From: Bauldia sp. | GTDB lineage: Bacteria; Pseudomonadota; Alphaproteobacteria; Rhizobiales; Kaistiaceae | Length of the DNA: 64,000 nt | NCBI GenBank assembly: GCA_022841545.1 | Contig: JALHRF010000004.1 | Span: 1,422-65,421, forward strand | Direction of reading: 5' to 3' | Shown here: one piece after another, positions 10,501-19,971 of the stretch | How the letters are laid out: each line of letters opens with the position of its first letter | Position numbering within the stretch: the first letter of the stretch is position 1 | Position numbers and translations under genes: made by a program | The notes under the pieces: model-generated | Databases searched by the model: none | The model's input: only the letters and a program-made list of their open reading frames with translations | Told to the model about the DNA's origin: nothing

Positions 10501-11564
10501 CGCCTGCTCTTCCGCCCGACGAAGGTGTTGAGCACCACCGCGAGGATGATGATCGCGCCGAGGAAGCCCTTGAACAGGGTCTCCGGGGCATTGAGGAGGA
10601 CGAGGAGGTTGTCGACGATGTCGAGGAGCGCCGCGCCGAGCACCATGCCGAGGATCGCGCCTCGGCCGCCGAACAGGCTGACCCCGCCCACCACCACCGC
10701 CGCGATCACCTTGAGCTCGAAGCCGCTGATCGTGGCGAAGGACGGCTCGATCTCGCTGATCCGCGCCACCTGGAGCAGGCCGGAGAACCCGGCGGTGATG
10801 GCGCAAAGGACGAAAGCGACATACTTGACCCGATCCACCGGCACACCGACCGCCATCGCCGCATGGCGGTTGCCGCCGGTGGCGAATACGTGGTTGCCGA
10901 ACCGGTGCCGGTTGAGGAGGAGGTACCCGATCACGGCGAAGACGACGAGCCAGATGACCTGCGCATGGATCGGCCCGACGAGATTGCCGGCGAGCGCCGA
11001 CTTGAAGGCTTCGGGCGGGAAGAAGGCGATGCTGTCGGGCTGGTTGGTCTGCGGGTTGATCGAGACGAAGCGGATCACGCCGCGCAGCAGGAACATCGTC
11101 CCGAGCGTGGCGATGAACGAAGGGATGCCCAGCCGGACGGTGATGAATCCGTTGAGCAGGCCGATGGCGATGGCGACCAGGAGGCCGGCGATCAGCGCGA
11201 AGGGCAGCGCCCAGCCGAAGGTCGCATAGGTGATGGCGATGATGAAGGGCACCAGCGTGAAGGTGCCGGCGACCGAGATGTCGAACTCGCCGGAAATCAT
11301 CAGGATGCCGACGCCGATTGCGGCGATGGCCGTCACCGGCACCTGCTGCATCAGGATTGCGATGTTGCCGGAGGTGGCGAAGCGGAGCTGGTCCGGCGCG
11401 ATCAGGCTCCAGCCGACGACGACGGCGAGCAGCGCGAAGAAAAGGACGACGATGTTGATCGCCTGATAGTGCCGCGCCCGCGCGATCAGGGGATTGCCGG
11501 CTGCGGGGCGGCGCATGGCGGCAAGATCGGCGCTGGTCGGCGTCGCGGGTTTCATCGCTGGCAT
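10497..11564 (-). CDS. Sugar ABC transporter permease (RbsC-like)
   Basis: GEFDISV, GIPSFIATLG, VVVGGVSLFGGRG. Confidence 0.92.
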   Translation of the reverse strand: MPAMKPATPTSADLAAMRRPAAGNPLIARARHYQAINIVVLFFALLAVVVGWSLIAPDQLRFATSGNIAILMQQVPVTAIAAIGVGILMISGEFDISVAGTFTLVPFIIAITYATFGWALPFALIAGLLVAIAIGLLNGFITVRLGIPSFIATLGTMFLLRGVIRFVSINPQTNQPDSIAFFPPEAFKSALAGNLVGPIHAQVIWLVVFAVIGYLLLNRHRFGNHVFATGGNRHAAMAVGVPVDRVKYVAFVLCAITAGFSGLLQVARISEIEPSFATISGFELKVIAAVVVGGVSLFGGRGAILGMVLGAALLDIVDNLLVLLNAPETLFKGFLGAIIILAVVLNTFVGRKSRR

Positions 11565-11577
11565 GTGCCCGTGATGG

Positions 11578-11603
11578 GCCGGGTCCGGCGCGCCGGACCC
11601 GGC
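11578..11603. other. Perfect 26-bp intercistronic palindrome between binding-protein and permease genes (likely mRNA-stabilising hairpin)
   Basis: GCCGGGTCCGGCG/CGCCGGACCCGGC; no U-tract. Confidence 0.6.
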
Positions 11604-11638
11604 AGGGTCGGGGTTCTGGTCAGCCTTCCGTCGGGCGG

Positions 11639-12613
11639 CTAGCGATAGGTCCCGGTGTAGTCCTTGGCCTTGTCGGCGTTGGACTTGTCGATCAGGTTGT
11701 TGCCGGTATCGATGTCCGGCGGGGTCAGGCCGTAGCGCACCGCATAGGCGGCGAACATCACCGGCAGGAAGCCCTGCCAGAACGGCTGCTGGTCCATGGT
11801 CGCCGTGGTCGACCCGTCGATGATGTGCGGGATGATGTCGGCGCCGGTGTCGAAGCCGCCGTTCGGAATGCCCGGCCGGCCGGCCTCGTCCGCCGCGGCG
11901 ACGGCGACGTTGGTCGGGGTCTGGCCGAGGCCGATCACGCAGGTGATCGCCGGGTTGGCGAGAATCGCCTGCGAGATCGTGTTGAGCGCCTCGCCATCGA
12001 CCGTGCCGGTGCCGATCACCTCGCTGGTGACGCTCGCCCGCGTCAGCGCCTCCTGCACGCCCTGGGCGCGCTCGATGGCGTAGGTCAGCTCCGGAAACTC
12101 GACCGGCAGCAGGCAGTGGTCACCTTCCTTCAGGCCGTGATCCTTGACCATGCGGTCGCCGATGATGTTGCCGGAGGCGATGAAGTCCTGGCCGATGAAG
12201 GCCTGGCGGGCGTTGCCGGCGGGGCCTTCCGGATCGTCGATGTTCTGCGCGATGACGACGAGGCCGGCGTCGCGGGCCTTCTGTATCGCCGCATCGAGCG
12301 CGTCCGGCACGGTGATCGTCGGCAGCACCGCGTCGGCCTTGTCGGCGATCGCGGTCTCGATGAGGTTCGCCGCGCGTGCGGCGTCGCCGTCGGCGTTGAC
12401 GTAGGTGAGGTCGACCTGGAACAGGCGGGCCGCTTCCTCGGCGCCGAACTGCATCGGCTGGAAGAACGTTGCGCCTGAGCAGCAATGCTGGATGAACACC
12501 ACCTTGACCGGCGCGAGCTCCTGAGCGGAACCGGGCGCGGTAAAGGCGAAGAGAGCCGACGTGGCGAGCGCCGCGCCGCGAAGCGTTCCGAGAACCCGAG
12601 TGCGGTTTGTCAT
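11639..12613 (-). CDS. Sugar ABC transporter periplasmic binding protein (RbsB-like)
   Basis: Signal peptide ending APGSAQ; FIGQDF, DQQPFWQG, DIDTG motifs; GGGAGG RBS favours start 12613. Confidence 0.9.
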   Translation of the reverse strand: MTNRTRVLGTLRGAALATSALFAFTAPGSAQELAPVKVVFIQHCCSGATFFQPMQFGAEEAARLFQVDLTYVNADGDAARAANLIETAIADKADAVLPTITVPDALDAAIQKARDAGLVVIAQNIDDPEGPAGNARQAFIGQDFIASGNIIGDRMVKDHGLKEGDHCLLPVEFPELTYAIERAQGVQEALTRASVTSEVIGTGTVDGEALNTISQAILANPAITCVIGLGQTPTNVAVAAADEAGRPGIPNGGFDTGADIIPHIIDGSTTATMDQQPFWQGFLPVMFAAYAVRYGLTPPDIDTGNNLIDKSNADKAKDYTGTYR

Positions 12614-12894
12614 TTTCATCTTCCTCCCGTTAGGTGCACGATCGCGTTGCGGTTCCGACCCTCGTCCGGAACCGCCGCAAAAGGCGATTGTCGATAGCCC
12701 CTCCCGTTGGCGCATTTTGCGCCCGCGGACATTTCCGCCTGCATGGGCGAGAACACTGCGATCCTCCCGCACCCCGCCCGACGAATTTGATTGTAGCTTC
12801 GGGCCGCGGCCGGCACAGTCGGTTGTTGATGGATTCCTATCAGGTTGCGCCGGTGGGATCGCGCAAGTCGCGGCCGGGCGAAACGGAGAGATGA

Positions 12895-13644
12895 ATGCGC
12901 AAGGAAGACGTGCTGAAGCTGCCATCGATGCCGGCGGCGAGCCCGAGCTACCCGGCCGGGCCCTACCGGTTCATCGACCGCGAATACATGATCATCTCCT
13001 ACGAGACCGACCCGGACGTGATCCGCGCCGAGCTGCCGGAGCCGCTCGAGCCGCCGGCCGAGCCGATCGTCCATTACGAGTGGATCAAGATGCCGGACAG
13101 CTCCGGCTTCGGCAGCTACACCGAATCCGGCCTCGTCATTCCCGCCCGCTTTCGCGGCGAGGATGTAAGCTTCGTCTCGCAGATGTATCTCGACGACGAC
13201 CCGCCGATCGCCGCAGGGCGCGAGATCTGGGGTTTTCCGAAGAAGTACGCCCATCCTAAGCTCGAGATCGCCAAGGATACCCTGACCGGGACGCTCCGTT
13301 ACGCCGGCGAACTCGTCGCCATGGGCACCATGACCTACAAGCATGAGGCGCTGGCGGGCGGGGCCGAAGCCGCGACCGCGGCGCTGACCCGAACCCAGGT
13401 CAACCTCAAGCTGATCCCGGGCGTCGACGGCAAGCCGGAGATCTGCCAGCTCGTTGCGATCAATCTCAGCGAGATCGCGGTGAAGGGTTCGTGGGGCGGC
13501 CCGGGGCGGCTTCATCTCGTCCCTCACGTCAACGCGCCGGTCGCCGACCTGCCGGTCCGCCGCGTCGTTGGCGCCCGCCATTTCATTGCCGACCTGACGC
13601 TGCCCTATGGCCGCGTCATCTACGATTATCGGAAGGACGCGTGA
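12895..13644 (+). CDS. adc: Acetoacetate decarboxylase family protein
   Basis: PYRFIDREY, FGSYTESG, GREIWGFPKK with the catalytic Lys. Confidence 0.9.
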   Translation: MRKEDVLKLPSMPAASPSYPAGPYRFIDREYMIISYETDPDVIRAELPEPLEPPAEPIVHYEWIKMPDSSGFGSYTESGLVIPARFRGEDVSFVSQMYLDDDPPIAAGREIWGFPKKYAHPKLEIAKDTLTGTLRYAGELVAMGTMTYKHEALAGGAEAATAALTRTQVNLKLIPGVDGKPEICQLVAINLSEIAVKGSWGGPGRLHLVPHVNAPVADLPVRRVVGARHFIADLTLPYGRVIYDYRKDA

Positions 13645-13674
13645 TCCCTGCCGGCCTGCCATCGCCAGGCGGCG

Positions 13675-13703
13675 CTTGAACCCGCGTGCAGGCAGAACCA
13701 TAT
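13675..13703 (+). promoter_or_regulatory. RpoH (sigma32) promoter
   Basis: CTTGAA (13675-13680), 17 nt, CCATAT (13698-13703) upstream of a small heat-shock gene. Confidence 0.75.
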
Positions 13704-13741
13704 CACCTCCACCGGGCGCCTCGGTGAGGGTCCGACAGACG

Positions 13742-13761
13742 GGTCGCTTCGAGGAAGGACC
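13742..13761 (+). promoter_or_regulatory. ROSE-like RNA thermometer hairpin sequestering the Hsp20 RBS
   Basis: GGUC-G-CUU/CGAGG/AAG-GACC: UCGCU with a bulged G pairs with the AAGGA Shine-Dalgarno just before ATG 13769. Confidence 0.65.
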
Positions 13762-13768
13762 GGTGGAA

Positions 13769-14203
13769 ATGACGCGATTCCCCGCCTTCTCCAGCCCGTT
13801 GCTCCTCGGCTTCGAGGAGATCGAACAGGCGGTTGGCCGGCTCTCCAAGGCTTCCGGCGACGGCTATCCGCCCTATAATATCGAGCGGGTCGCAGCCAGC
13901 GCGCAGCAAGGCGAGGTTCTTCGGATCACGCTTGCGGTGGCCGGCTTCGGCGAAGATGACCTCGACATATCGATCGAGGAGAACGAACTCGTGATCCGCG
14001 GCCGGCAGAAGGAAGACGAAAGCCAGCGCGTCTTTCTCCATCGCGGCATCGCGGCCCGCCAGTTCCAGCGAAGCTTCGTGCTTGCCGAGGGAATCGAGGT
14101 ACTCTCGGCGAAACTCGAGGAGGGCTTATTGTCGATCGATCTCACCAAGCCGCCGGCGGAACGGGCGGCGCGGAAGATCGCCATCAACCGGCGCAGCCCG
14201 TAG
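13769..14203 (+). CDS. Small heat shock protein (Hsp20/IbpA family)
   Basis: YPPYNIE, LAVAGF, FLHRGIAARQFQRSFVLA, GLLSIDL. Confidence 0.93.
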   Translation: MTRFPAFSSPLLLGFEEIEQAVGRLSKASGDGYPPYNIERVAASAQQGEVLRITLAVAGFGEDDLDISIEENELVIRGRQKEDESQRVFLHRGIAARQFQRSFVLAEGIEVLSAKLEEGLLSIDLTKPPAERAARKIAINRRSP

Positions 14204-14233
14204 GGCGCGTCGCGGAAGGAGCGAGTGAGAGTT

Positions 14234-14491
14234 ATGGAAAACAGTGAAAAGCAGGTGATGCCCTCCGCCAACTTCGCCGGCCTCGGTGGAGGCAAGATCG
14301 CCTATATCCGTTCCCTCAACGGCGCCGAGGCCAAGGGCATGTTCCCAGGCCTGCCGGAGGAGGTCGCGCCCGATCTTCAGCTGTGGGCGCTGCTCGCCGC
14401 CGACGGCACGCCGATCATGCTCTCCGACAGCCGCGAAGCGGCCATCATGAACGCCCACGAGAACGACCTCGAGGCGGTCAGCATTCACTGA
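14234..14491 (+). CDS. DUF1150 family protein
   Basis: FAGLGGGKIAYIR..LWALLAADGTPIML..SIH; usual position after Hsp20 in Alphaproteobacteria. Confidence 0.8.
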   Translation: MENSEKQVMPSANFAGLGGGKIAYIRSLNGAEAKGMFPGLPEEVAPDLQLWALLAADGTPIMLSDSREAAIMNAHENDLEAVSIH

Positions 14492-14514
14492 ATCTCCGAA
14501 GACCGTGGGAAACG

Positions 14515-14541
14515 AAGGCGGCCCGCTCCGGGCCGCCTTTC
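14515..14541. terminator. Bidirectional hairpin terminator between convergent genes
   Basis: AAGGCGGCCC-GCTCC-GGGCCGCCTT followed by TC. Confidence 0.65.
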
Positions 14542-14546
14542 GTGAT

Positions 14547-14930
14547 TCAGGCCGGGCCGAACTTCTCGCCGATGACGCGCCGCACGTCGGCGGGTCCGAA
14601 CGGCTTCTCGATGAACGGAACGCCGGTCTCGTCGAGGAAGGCGCGGACGCTGCCGCTGAGGTCGTCGCCAGTGACCACGACGAAGCGGTCGGCAAGGTCG
14701 GGATGGACGATCCTGAGCCGACGGTAAAGCTCCATGCCGTTCAGTCCCGGCATCCGGATGTCGCTGAGGACGCCGTCATAGGCATTTCCCTCTATGCGCT
14801 CCAGCGCCTCCTGCCCGCTCGCCGCGATGTCGACCAGGAAGCCGTAATGCTCGAGGATTTCCGCGAGCGTCTCGCGGATGTCGGGCTCGTCGTCGACGAC
14901 GAGCATGTGGCGAACTGGCTTGGCGGTCAT
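14547..14930 (-). CDS. Single-domain response regulator (REC)
   Basis: LVVDDEPD, LSDIRMPG, VTGD, EKPF; start uncertain (14930 or further upstream). Confidence 0.88.
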   Translation of the reverse strand: MTAKPVRHMLVVDDEPDIRETLAEILEHYGFLVDIAASGQEALERIEGNAYDGVLSDIRMPGLNGMELYRRLRIVHPDLADRFVVVTGDDLSGSVRAFLDETGVPFIEKPFGPADVRRVIGEKFGPA

Positions 14931-15197
14931 CGCGTCTTCGTTCGCCTGGGGGACGGCGACCCTGTCCGCAGCGCCCGTCATCCGCCGACCGGGGGAGTAT
15001 GGGCTGTCCGCGGGCGGCGGGGCCGCGCATCGGAACGTACCGGAACGCATACGCTACCTTGGGTGGCGGAGCAAGCCATGGGAAATCGGCGCATCGCTGG
15101 TCTCGATCTGAGGGTTCAGGAGCACGTCAAAAACCCGGCATCGTTCCGCCAACGCCGCCGTATGACGCAACTACGACGGGGCCGTTTCCGGCGTGTT

Positions 15198-17459
15198 TCA
15201 GCGATCGGTCATCTTCGTTTCAATTGTTTCAATTTGCGCGGAAGGCGACATGGCCATGCCGTCCGCCTTCGCGCCGCTGGTGGCTGCGATCGCAGCCACC
15301 ATCCTGCGCACGTCGGCGGGCACGAACGGCTTTTCGACATGCGGGCACCCGGCATAGTCGAGGAACTCCAGCACCGCCGGATTGAGCGCGTCCCCGGTGA
15401 CGAAGATGAGGCACCGCGCCATCGCCGGCTTCATGACATTGAGCCGGTGGTACAGTTCCATCCCATCCATGCCGGGCATCCGCATATCGCTGAGGATCGC
15501 GGCGTAATCGCCGGCCTCGAGCCGCGCGAGCGCGTCGGCGCCGGTGCTGGCGAGGTCGATCCCGTAGTTCTCGCTCGCCAGGATTTCGGCGAGCGCCTCG
15601 GCCACGTCCGGCTCGTCGTCGATGATGAGGACGCGGCCGCCGCCGGGGGAGGTCGGCCGGCCGACGCCGGGTGGGGCGGGGTGCTGTTCCTCGGTTCCCA
15701 CGGGAAGCCGGACGATGAACTCCGCCCCGCCGCCCGTGGCGTCCCTGACCTCGATCGTACCGCCATGGGAGGTGACGATGCTGTGGCTGACCGAGAGCCC
15801 TATGCCCGTGCCGATGCCGACCGGCTTGGTGGTGAAGAACGGCTCGAAGATCCGTGAGCGGATCGCCGGGGGCACGCCGGGCCCGCTGTCGGCGACTGAA
15901 AGCACGACCTGCCCCTGCGCCGCGTCGAACCGGGTGCCGACCGTGAGCCGCCGCGACCCCGACCACTCGACCATGGCCTGCTGCGCATTGACGACGAGGT
16001 TGGTGAGCACCTGGCTGATCTGGTCGGGGTCGGCCCAGATAGCCGGCAGGCTCGGCGCGAGGTGTGCATCGACGGCGACGCCGGCCGACCGCAGGCCATA
16101 GCCGAGAAGTTCGAGCGCCGCCGCCACGGACTGGTTGACGTCGACCGCGCCGCGCGACGGCGGACGCTGCCGGGCCATGGCGAGGAATGTCTTCACGATC
16201 CGCGCGCAGCGTTCGGCCGCTGCCTTGATCCGGGCGCCGCGGGTCGCGGTCCGCGGGTCGGTCGCGGACTCCCCGAGAAGCGTCGCCTGGGCGACGACGA
16301 TCGACAGCGGGTTGTTGAGTTCGTGCGCCACGCCCGCAAGCAGCGAGCCCAGAGCGCCGAGCTTCTCGCGATGATGGATGATCTCGCGCTGGCGCTCGAT
16401 TTCGACCTGCGCCGCTAGCTTCTCGGATAGATCGAGCGCGCCCACGACGATGCAATGGGCGTCGTCATATTCGAGCGGCCGGGCGGACAGCGTGACCGGG
16501 ACGTCGCTGCCGTCGAGCCGGCGGAGACGCGCGTCGTAGTGGTCGATCGCGCCCCTTCGGCAGGCCTTCAAGACCGCGTCGAACTGCTCGGGATCGGGAA
16601 AGAAATCGCAGGCCCGCCCCGTGATTGGCTCGCGTTCGGGGAGACCCAGCAAGGCCACCGCCGCCGGATTGGCGTACCGGATTGCGCCGTCACCGGCATC
16701 GAGGACGAGCAGCGCCACCGGATTGGCCATGGCGATGGCGCGGAACCGCCGGCCCGATTCGAGCAGCGCCGCCTCCTCCCGCTCGCGGGCGACCCGCGCC
16801 ATCTCGCGGCTGGCGAGAACCGAATCGAGGAGCCTTCGGCGGACCCGTATCTCGATCAGCAGGAACACGATCAGGGCAATTCCGGTGGCCAGCAGCGCGG
16901 CGACCAGCACGGCGCCGAGGATGAACAATCCGCGGAGTTCCTGGACTTCCGCGATCGCGCCATTGGTCTCGAAGAACTCGAAGCTGACGACGAGGTTGCG
17001 GAGCGCGGGCTCGATCGGCAAGAGCTCGGTGCGGACCCGCGCGAGCGTGTCGAAATCGCCGGTCGAGAGGGATCGGAGCGCGGGCTCCTGCGCGGTCATC
17101 GCCTCTTTCACCGCGTAAATCGTATCGGCGGCGCCGGCGACGTCCTTTAGGCGTCCGCGAACGAGCCCGCCATCGAACACCGCGAGCCGGCTGAACATCA
17201 GGTCGATACGGAGGTCGAGCGCGGCCCGGTCGACATCGGCCGCGCCGGAGACCAGGAGCGTCGCCGTTTCAAGCAGGCGCCAGAACTCGACCTCGACCTG
17301 GCTCGCGTGCCAGGTGACGTATTCCTGGTTCCAGTCCTCGATCGAGCGTGCCGTCTGGAGCGCAGTGGCGAGGACCACGGCGAGGCCGATCGCCAGGCCG
17401 ATGAAGGCGCCGATCAGGCACCAGAACTTGATCTGCCAGCGCCGATCCAAGCCGATCAC
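15198..17459 (-). CDS. Hybrid sensor histidine kinase (TM-periplasmic-TM-PAS-HisKA-HATPase-REC)
   Basis: AHELNNPL H-box, NLVVNA, DSGPG, FFTTKPVGIGTGIGL, C-terminal REC; GTGA overlap with the upstream gene gives start 17459. Confidence 0.92.
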   Translation of the reverse strand: MIGLDRRWQIKFWCLIGAFIGLAIGLAVVLATALQTARSIEDWNQEYVTWHASQVEVEFWRLLETATLLVSGAADVDRAALDLRIDLMFSRLAVFDGGLVRGRLKDVAGAADTIYAVKEAMTAQEPALRSLSTGDFDTLARVRTELLPIEPALRNLVVSFEFFETNGAIAEVQELRGLFILGAVLVAALLATGIALIVFLLIEIRVRRRLLDSVLASREMARVAREREEAALLESGRRFRAIAMANPVALLVLDAGDGAIRYANPAAVALLGLPEREPITGRACDFFPDPEQFDAVLKACRRGAIDHYDARLRRLDGSDVPVTLSARPLEYDDAHCIVVGALDLSEKLAAQVEIERQREIIHHREKLGALGSLLAGVAHELNNPLSIVVAQATLLGESATDPRTATRGARIKAAAERCARIVKTFLAMARQRPPSRGAVDVNQSVAAALELLGYGLRSAGVAVDAHLAPSLPAIWADPDQISQVLTNLVVNAQQAMVEWSGSRRLTVGTRFDAAQGQVVLSVADSGPGVPPAIRSRIFEPFFTTKPVGIGTGIGLSVSHSIVTSHGGTIEVRDATGGGAEFIVRLPVGTEEQHPAPPGVGRPTSPGGGRVLIIDDEPDVAEALAEILASENYGIDLASTGADALARLEAGDYAAILSDMRMPGMDGMELYHRLNVMKPAMARCLIFVTGDALNPAVLEFLDYAGCPHVEKPFVPADVRRMVAAIAATSGAKADGMAMSPSAQIETIETKMTDR

Positions 17460-17995
17460 CGGACGTCGATCGTCTTGAGCTGCCAGACCCACTGAAGATC
17501 GACGCGCGGATCGTCGAGCCACGGGTAGTCGTCGCGGGGAAAAACGATCCAGATCGGCCCTTTATCCCGGGCGGTCAGGACGTCGCCGTTCTGCCGGAGC
17601 GCGAGCAGCACCGGATAGGCTTCGATCGTCTCCACCGCTATCTCGGCGACGTATTCATTGACCGCGGTCGCCCGCACCGCGTTGCCCCTGGCGCCCACCG
17701 CGGCGAGGACCTTGCTCGCCCTCACCCCCTCGAAACGCTGCACTCCGTCGGTCCAGCTCGAACTGGTCGTGAGCGACTCGACCCCCAGCGCCTCCAGCAT
17801 GGCGCGGTCGAACTCGGCCCGGCCAGGGGCATTGGTCCTGGCGATCGCTCCGGTGACGGTGAGCAGGACCGGCCCCGAAGCCGGCGGCAGCGGCGCCGGG
17901 TCCTCCCTTGCGTATGACGACCAGCCAAGGCTGGCGAGAACCACCATGCCAAGCATGAGAGCCACGCTGGCGCCATGGACGCGGGACGGGAACAT
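17456..17995 (-). CDS. Periplasmic molybdopterin-oxidoreductase-fold protein lacking the Moco Cys (PruR-like)
   Basis: Signal peptide; GPVLLTVTGAI, TSSSWTDG..FEGV, NEY, RDKGPIWIVFP, WVWQL; no Cys in the mature protein. Confidence 0.8.
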   Translation of the reverse strand: MFPSRVHGASVALMLGMVVLASLGWSSYAREDPAPLPPASGPVLLTVTGAIARTNAPGRAEFDRAMLEALGVESLTTSSSWTDGVQRFEGVRASKVLAAVGARGNAVRATAVNEYVAEIAVETIEAYPVLLALRQNGDVLTARDKGPIWIVFPRDDYPWLDDPRVDLQWVWQLKTIDVR

Positions 17996-18393
17996 GATCA
18001 CCTCTCCGTAGCCGACTTCCGGCTTCGACCGGCGTCGGGGCCGGTATTCCGGTTGCGCGGTGGACGCCGCGTGGGGACCTTCACCCGCCGCTGCATTCGA
18101 GAGTTGCGGCAGGTGACGCCTCACACTTCGATGGCGCGATTTTCCGATTGATGTCTCCGGGCGCGGTTTCGCGTTTCAATTGTTTCTGCCGCGCCCGGGC
18201 CCTCGGCAGAATTGGCGAGACCAGCCGCGTTGCGGGCGCTGGCGATCGTCCCCGGAGCCAGGCGATTGGCCGCGACCGGGGGTTCCCTCGACTGAAACAA
18301 CAGAAGCATGTTCGGCGATTTTCCGACATCGACGGGAAACACCCCGCCCCCAGGCTCCGGACATCACGTCGGGTCAAGCCAAGGGAGGCATCG

Positions 18394-19746
18394 ATGTTCG
18401 TCCTCAGTCTTCTCAACGCCCACCGCGAGGGGTTGATGGTGGAGCGGCGCGCCCGCGACCGCCTCGAGGCGCTCCAGCGGCGGAAGTTCCGCGCGCTCGT
18501 GCAACATTGCCTCGCCAGTTCCGCGTTCTACCGCGACATCATCGCCGACTTCGGGATCAATCCGGAACGCTGCGAGGTTGGGGATTTCCCCGTCCTCGAC
18601 AAGGCGACGGTCATCGCCAATTTCGACCGCATCTCCACCAATCCCGCCGTCACCTGGGCGCGGGTCTCCGGTTTCGCGGCGGAAGGCGGCGACGACGAGA
18701 CGCTGATGGACGGGCGCTTCCACGTCATCCACACCTCGGGCAGTTCGGGCGAGACCGGGTACTTCGTCTTCTCCAACGACGAATGGGCCCGCGGCCTTGC
18801 CCCGGCGCTTCGCATCAATCCCTATCGCGGCCGGCGACGGAAGCTCGCCTTCTACGGTATCGTCAACGATCACGGCGCCGGCGCCGGCATGGCCATGACC
18901 AGCAACCAGGGCCTGCTGCGTCTGGCCTATGACGCGCGCGCCTTCGACATCCTGCGGCCGGTCGAAGAGACCGTGGCGGCGATCGACGCCTTCCGGCCCG
19001 ACATCATCGTCGGCTACCCGACCGCGATCCATCAGCTCGCCGACGCCCAGCGCGCCGGGCGGATGAACATTGCGCCGCAGTTCCTCCAGTGCAGCGGCGA
19101 GGTGGTCTTTCCGGAGCATCGCCAGGCGATCGAAGAGGCCTTCGGCCAGCCGCTGATCAACGTCTACAGCTCGTCCGAGCACCTCATCATGGGCATGAGC
19201 CGGGGCGGCGACCACGGGATGATGCTGTTTGAGGAGAACTTCGTCTTCGAGCCGAACGAGGACCACACCCTCGTCACCAACCTCTACAACTACACCCTCC
19301 CCCTCATCCGCTACCGGATGAACGACCGGCTGATCTCGGCCGAGAAGCCGGCCACCGACCGCCACCCCTACCGACGCATCAAGGAGATCGTCGGCCGCGC
19401 CGAAGGGGGCGACCTGGTGTTCCGGAGGTGCGACGGCCGCGAGGAGCGCATCACCTCCTTCGCCTTCGGATCGCTGATGTGGAAGGGCGTCGAACGCATC
19501 CAGTTCCATGTCGGCAACGACTGGTGCCGGCTCGACGTCGTGCCGGAGCCCGGGCTCGACGCCGCGGGCGTCGCCGGCGCCGTTGGCGATGCGCGGGAAA
19601 AACTCCGCGGCCTCTTCGCCAGCCGCTCGCTCCACCATGTCGACATCGCCGTGCGCGCCGTCGGCGCCATCGTTCCCGACCCCGCGACCGGCAAGGTCAG
19701 GGCGGTGGTGACCTCGTCGGCGCCGCTGCAATCGCAGGCCGCCTGA
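18394..19746 (+). CDS. Phenylacetate-CoA ligase-like (PaaK/CoF synthetase family) adenylate-forming enzyme
   Basis: FPVLDK, HTSGSSG, GYPT, YSSSE, TNLYNYTLPLIRY, GR, TGK motifs; GGGAGG RBS. Confidence 0.85.
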   Translation: MFVLSLLNAHREGLMVERRARDRLEALQRRKFRALVQHCLASSAFYRDIIADFGINPERCEVGDFPVLDKATVIANFDRISTNPAVTWARVSGFAAEGGDDETLMDGRFHVIHTSGSSGETGYFVFSNDEWARGLAPALRINPYRGRRRKLAFYGIVNDHGAGAGMAMTSNQGLLRLAYDARAFDILRPVEETVAAIDAFRPDIIVGYPTAIHQLADAQRAGRMNIAPQFLQCSGEVVFPEHRQAIEEAFGQPLINVYSSSEHLIMGMSRGGDHGMMLFEENFVFEPNEDHTLVTNLYNYTLPLIRYRMNDRLISAEKPATDRHPYRRIKEIVGRAEGGDLVFRRCDGREERITSFAFGSLMWKGVERIQFHVGNDWCRLDVVPEPGLDAAGVAGAVGDAREKLRGLFASRSLHHVDIAVRAVGAIVPDPATGKVRAVVTSSAPLQSQAA

Positions 19747-19773
19747 CCGACCGGATGCCGGGGAGACACCACC

Positions 19774-19959
19774 ATGGCCGCGCGCGCGATGCTGGCCGGA
19801 ACCGGCCTGTCCCGCCATCTGCGGGCGGTGACGGACCTCCGGCAGCGGGCCGAACTGGCGGTGGTCGAGCGGCTGAACCCTTCGGTCGCGATCGAAAGCC
19901 TGCCGCTGGTGATCCTCCTCGCAGTGCTTGCGAGCCTCTGTTCGCTGCGCCGGCATTGA
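19774..19959 (+). CDS. Possible small membrane protein (61 aa)
   Basis: GGGAG RBS; fills the gap between two co-oriented genes; hydrophobic C-terminus LPLVILLAVLASLC. Confidence 0.35.
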   Translation: MAARAMLAGTGLSRHLRAVTDLRQRAELAVVERLNPSVAIESLPLVILLAVLASLCSLRRH

Positions 19960-19971
19960 GGCGGGCCGGCC

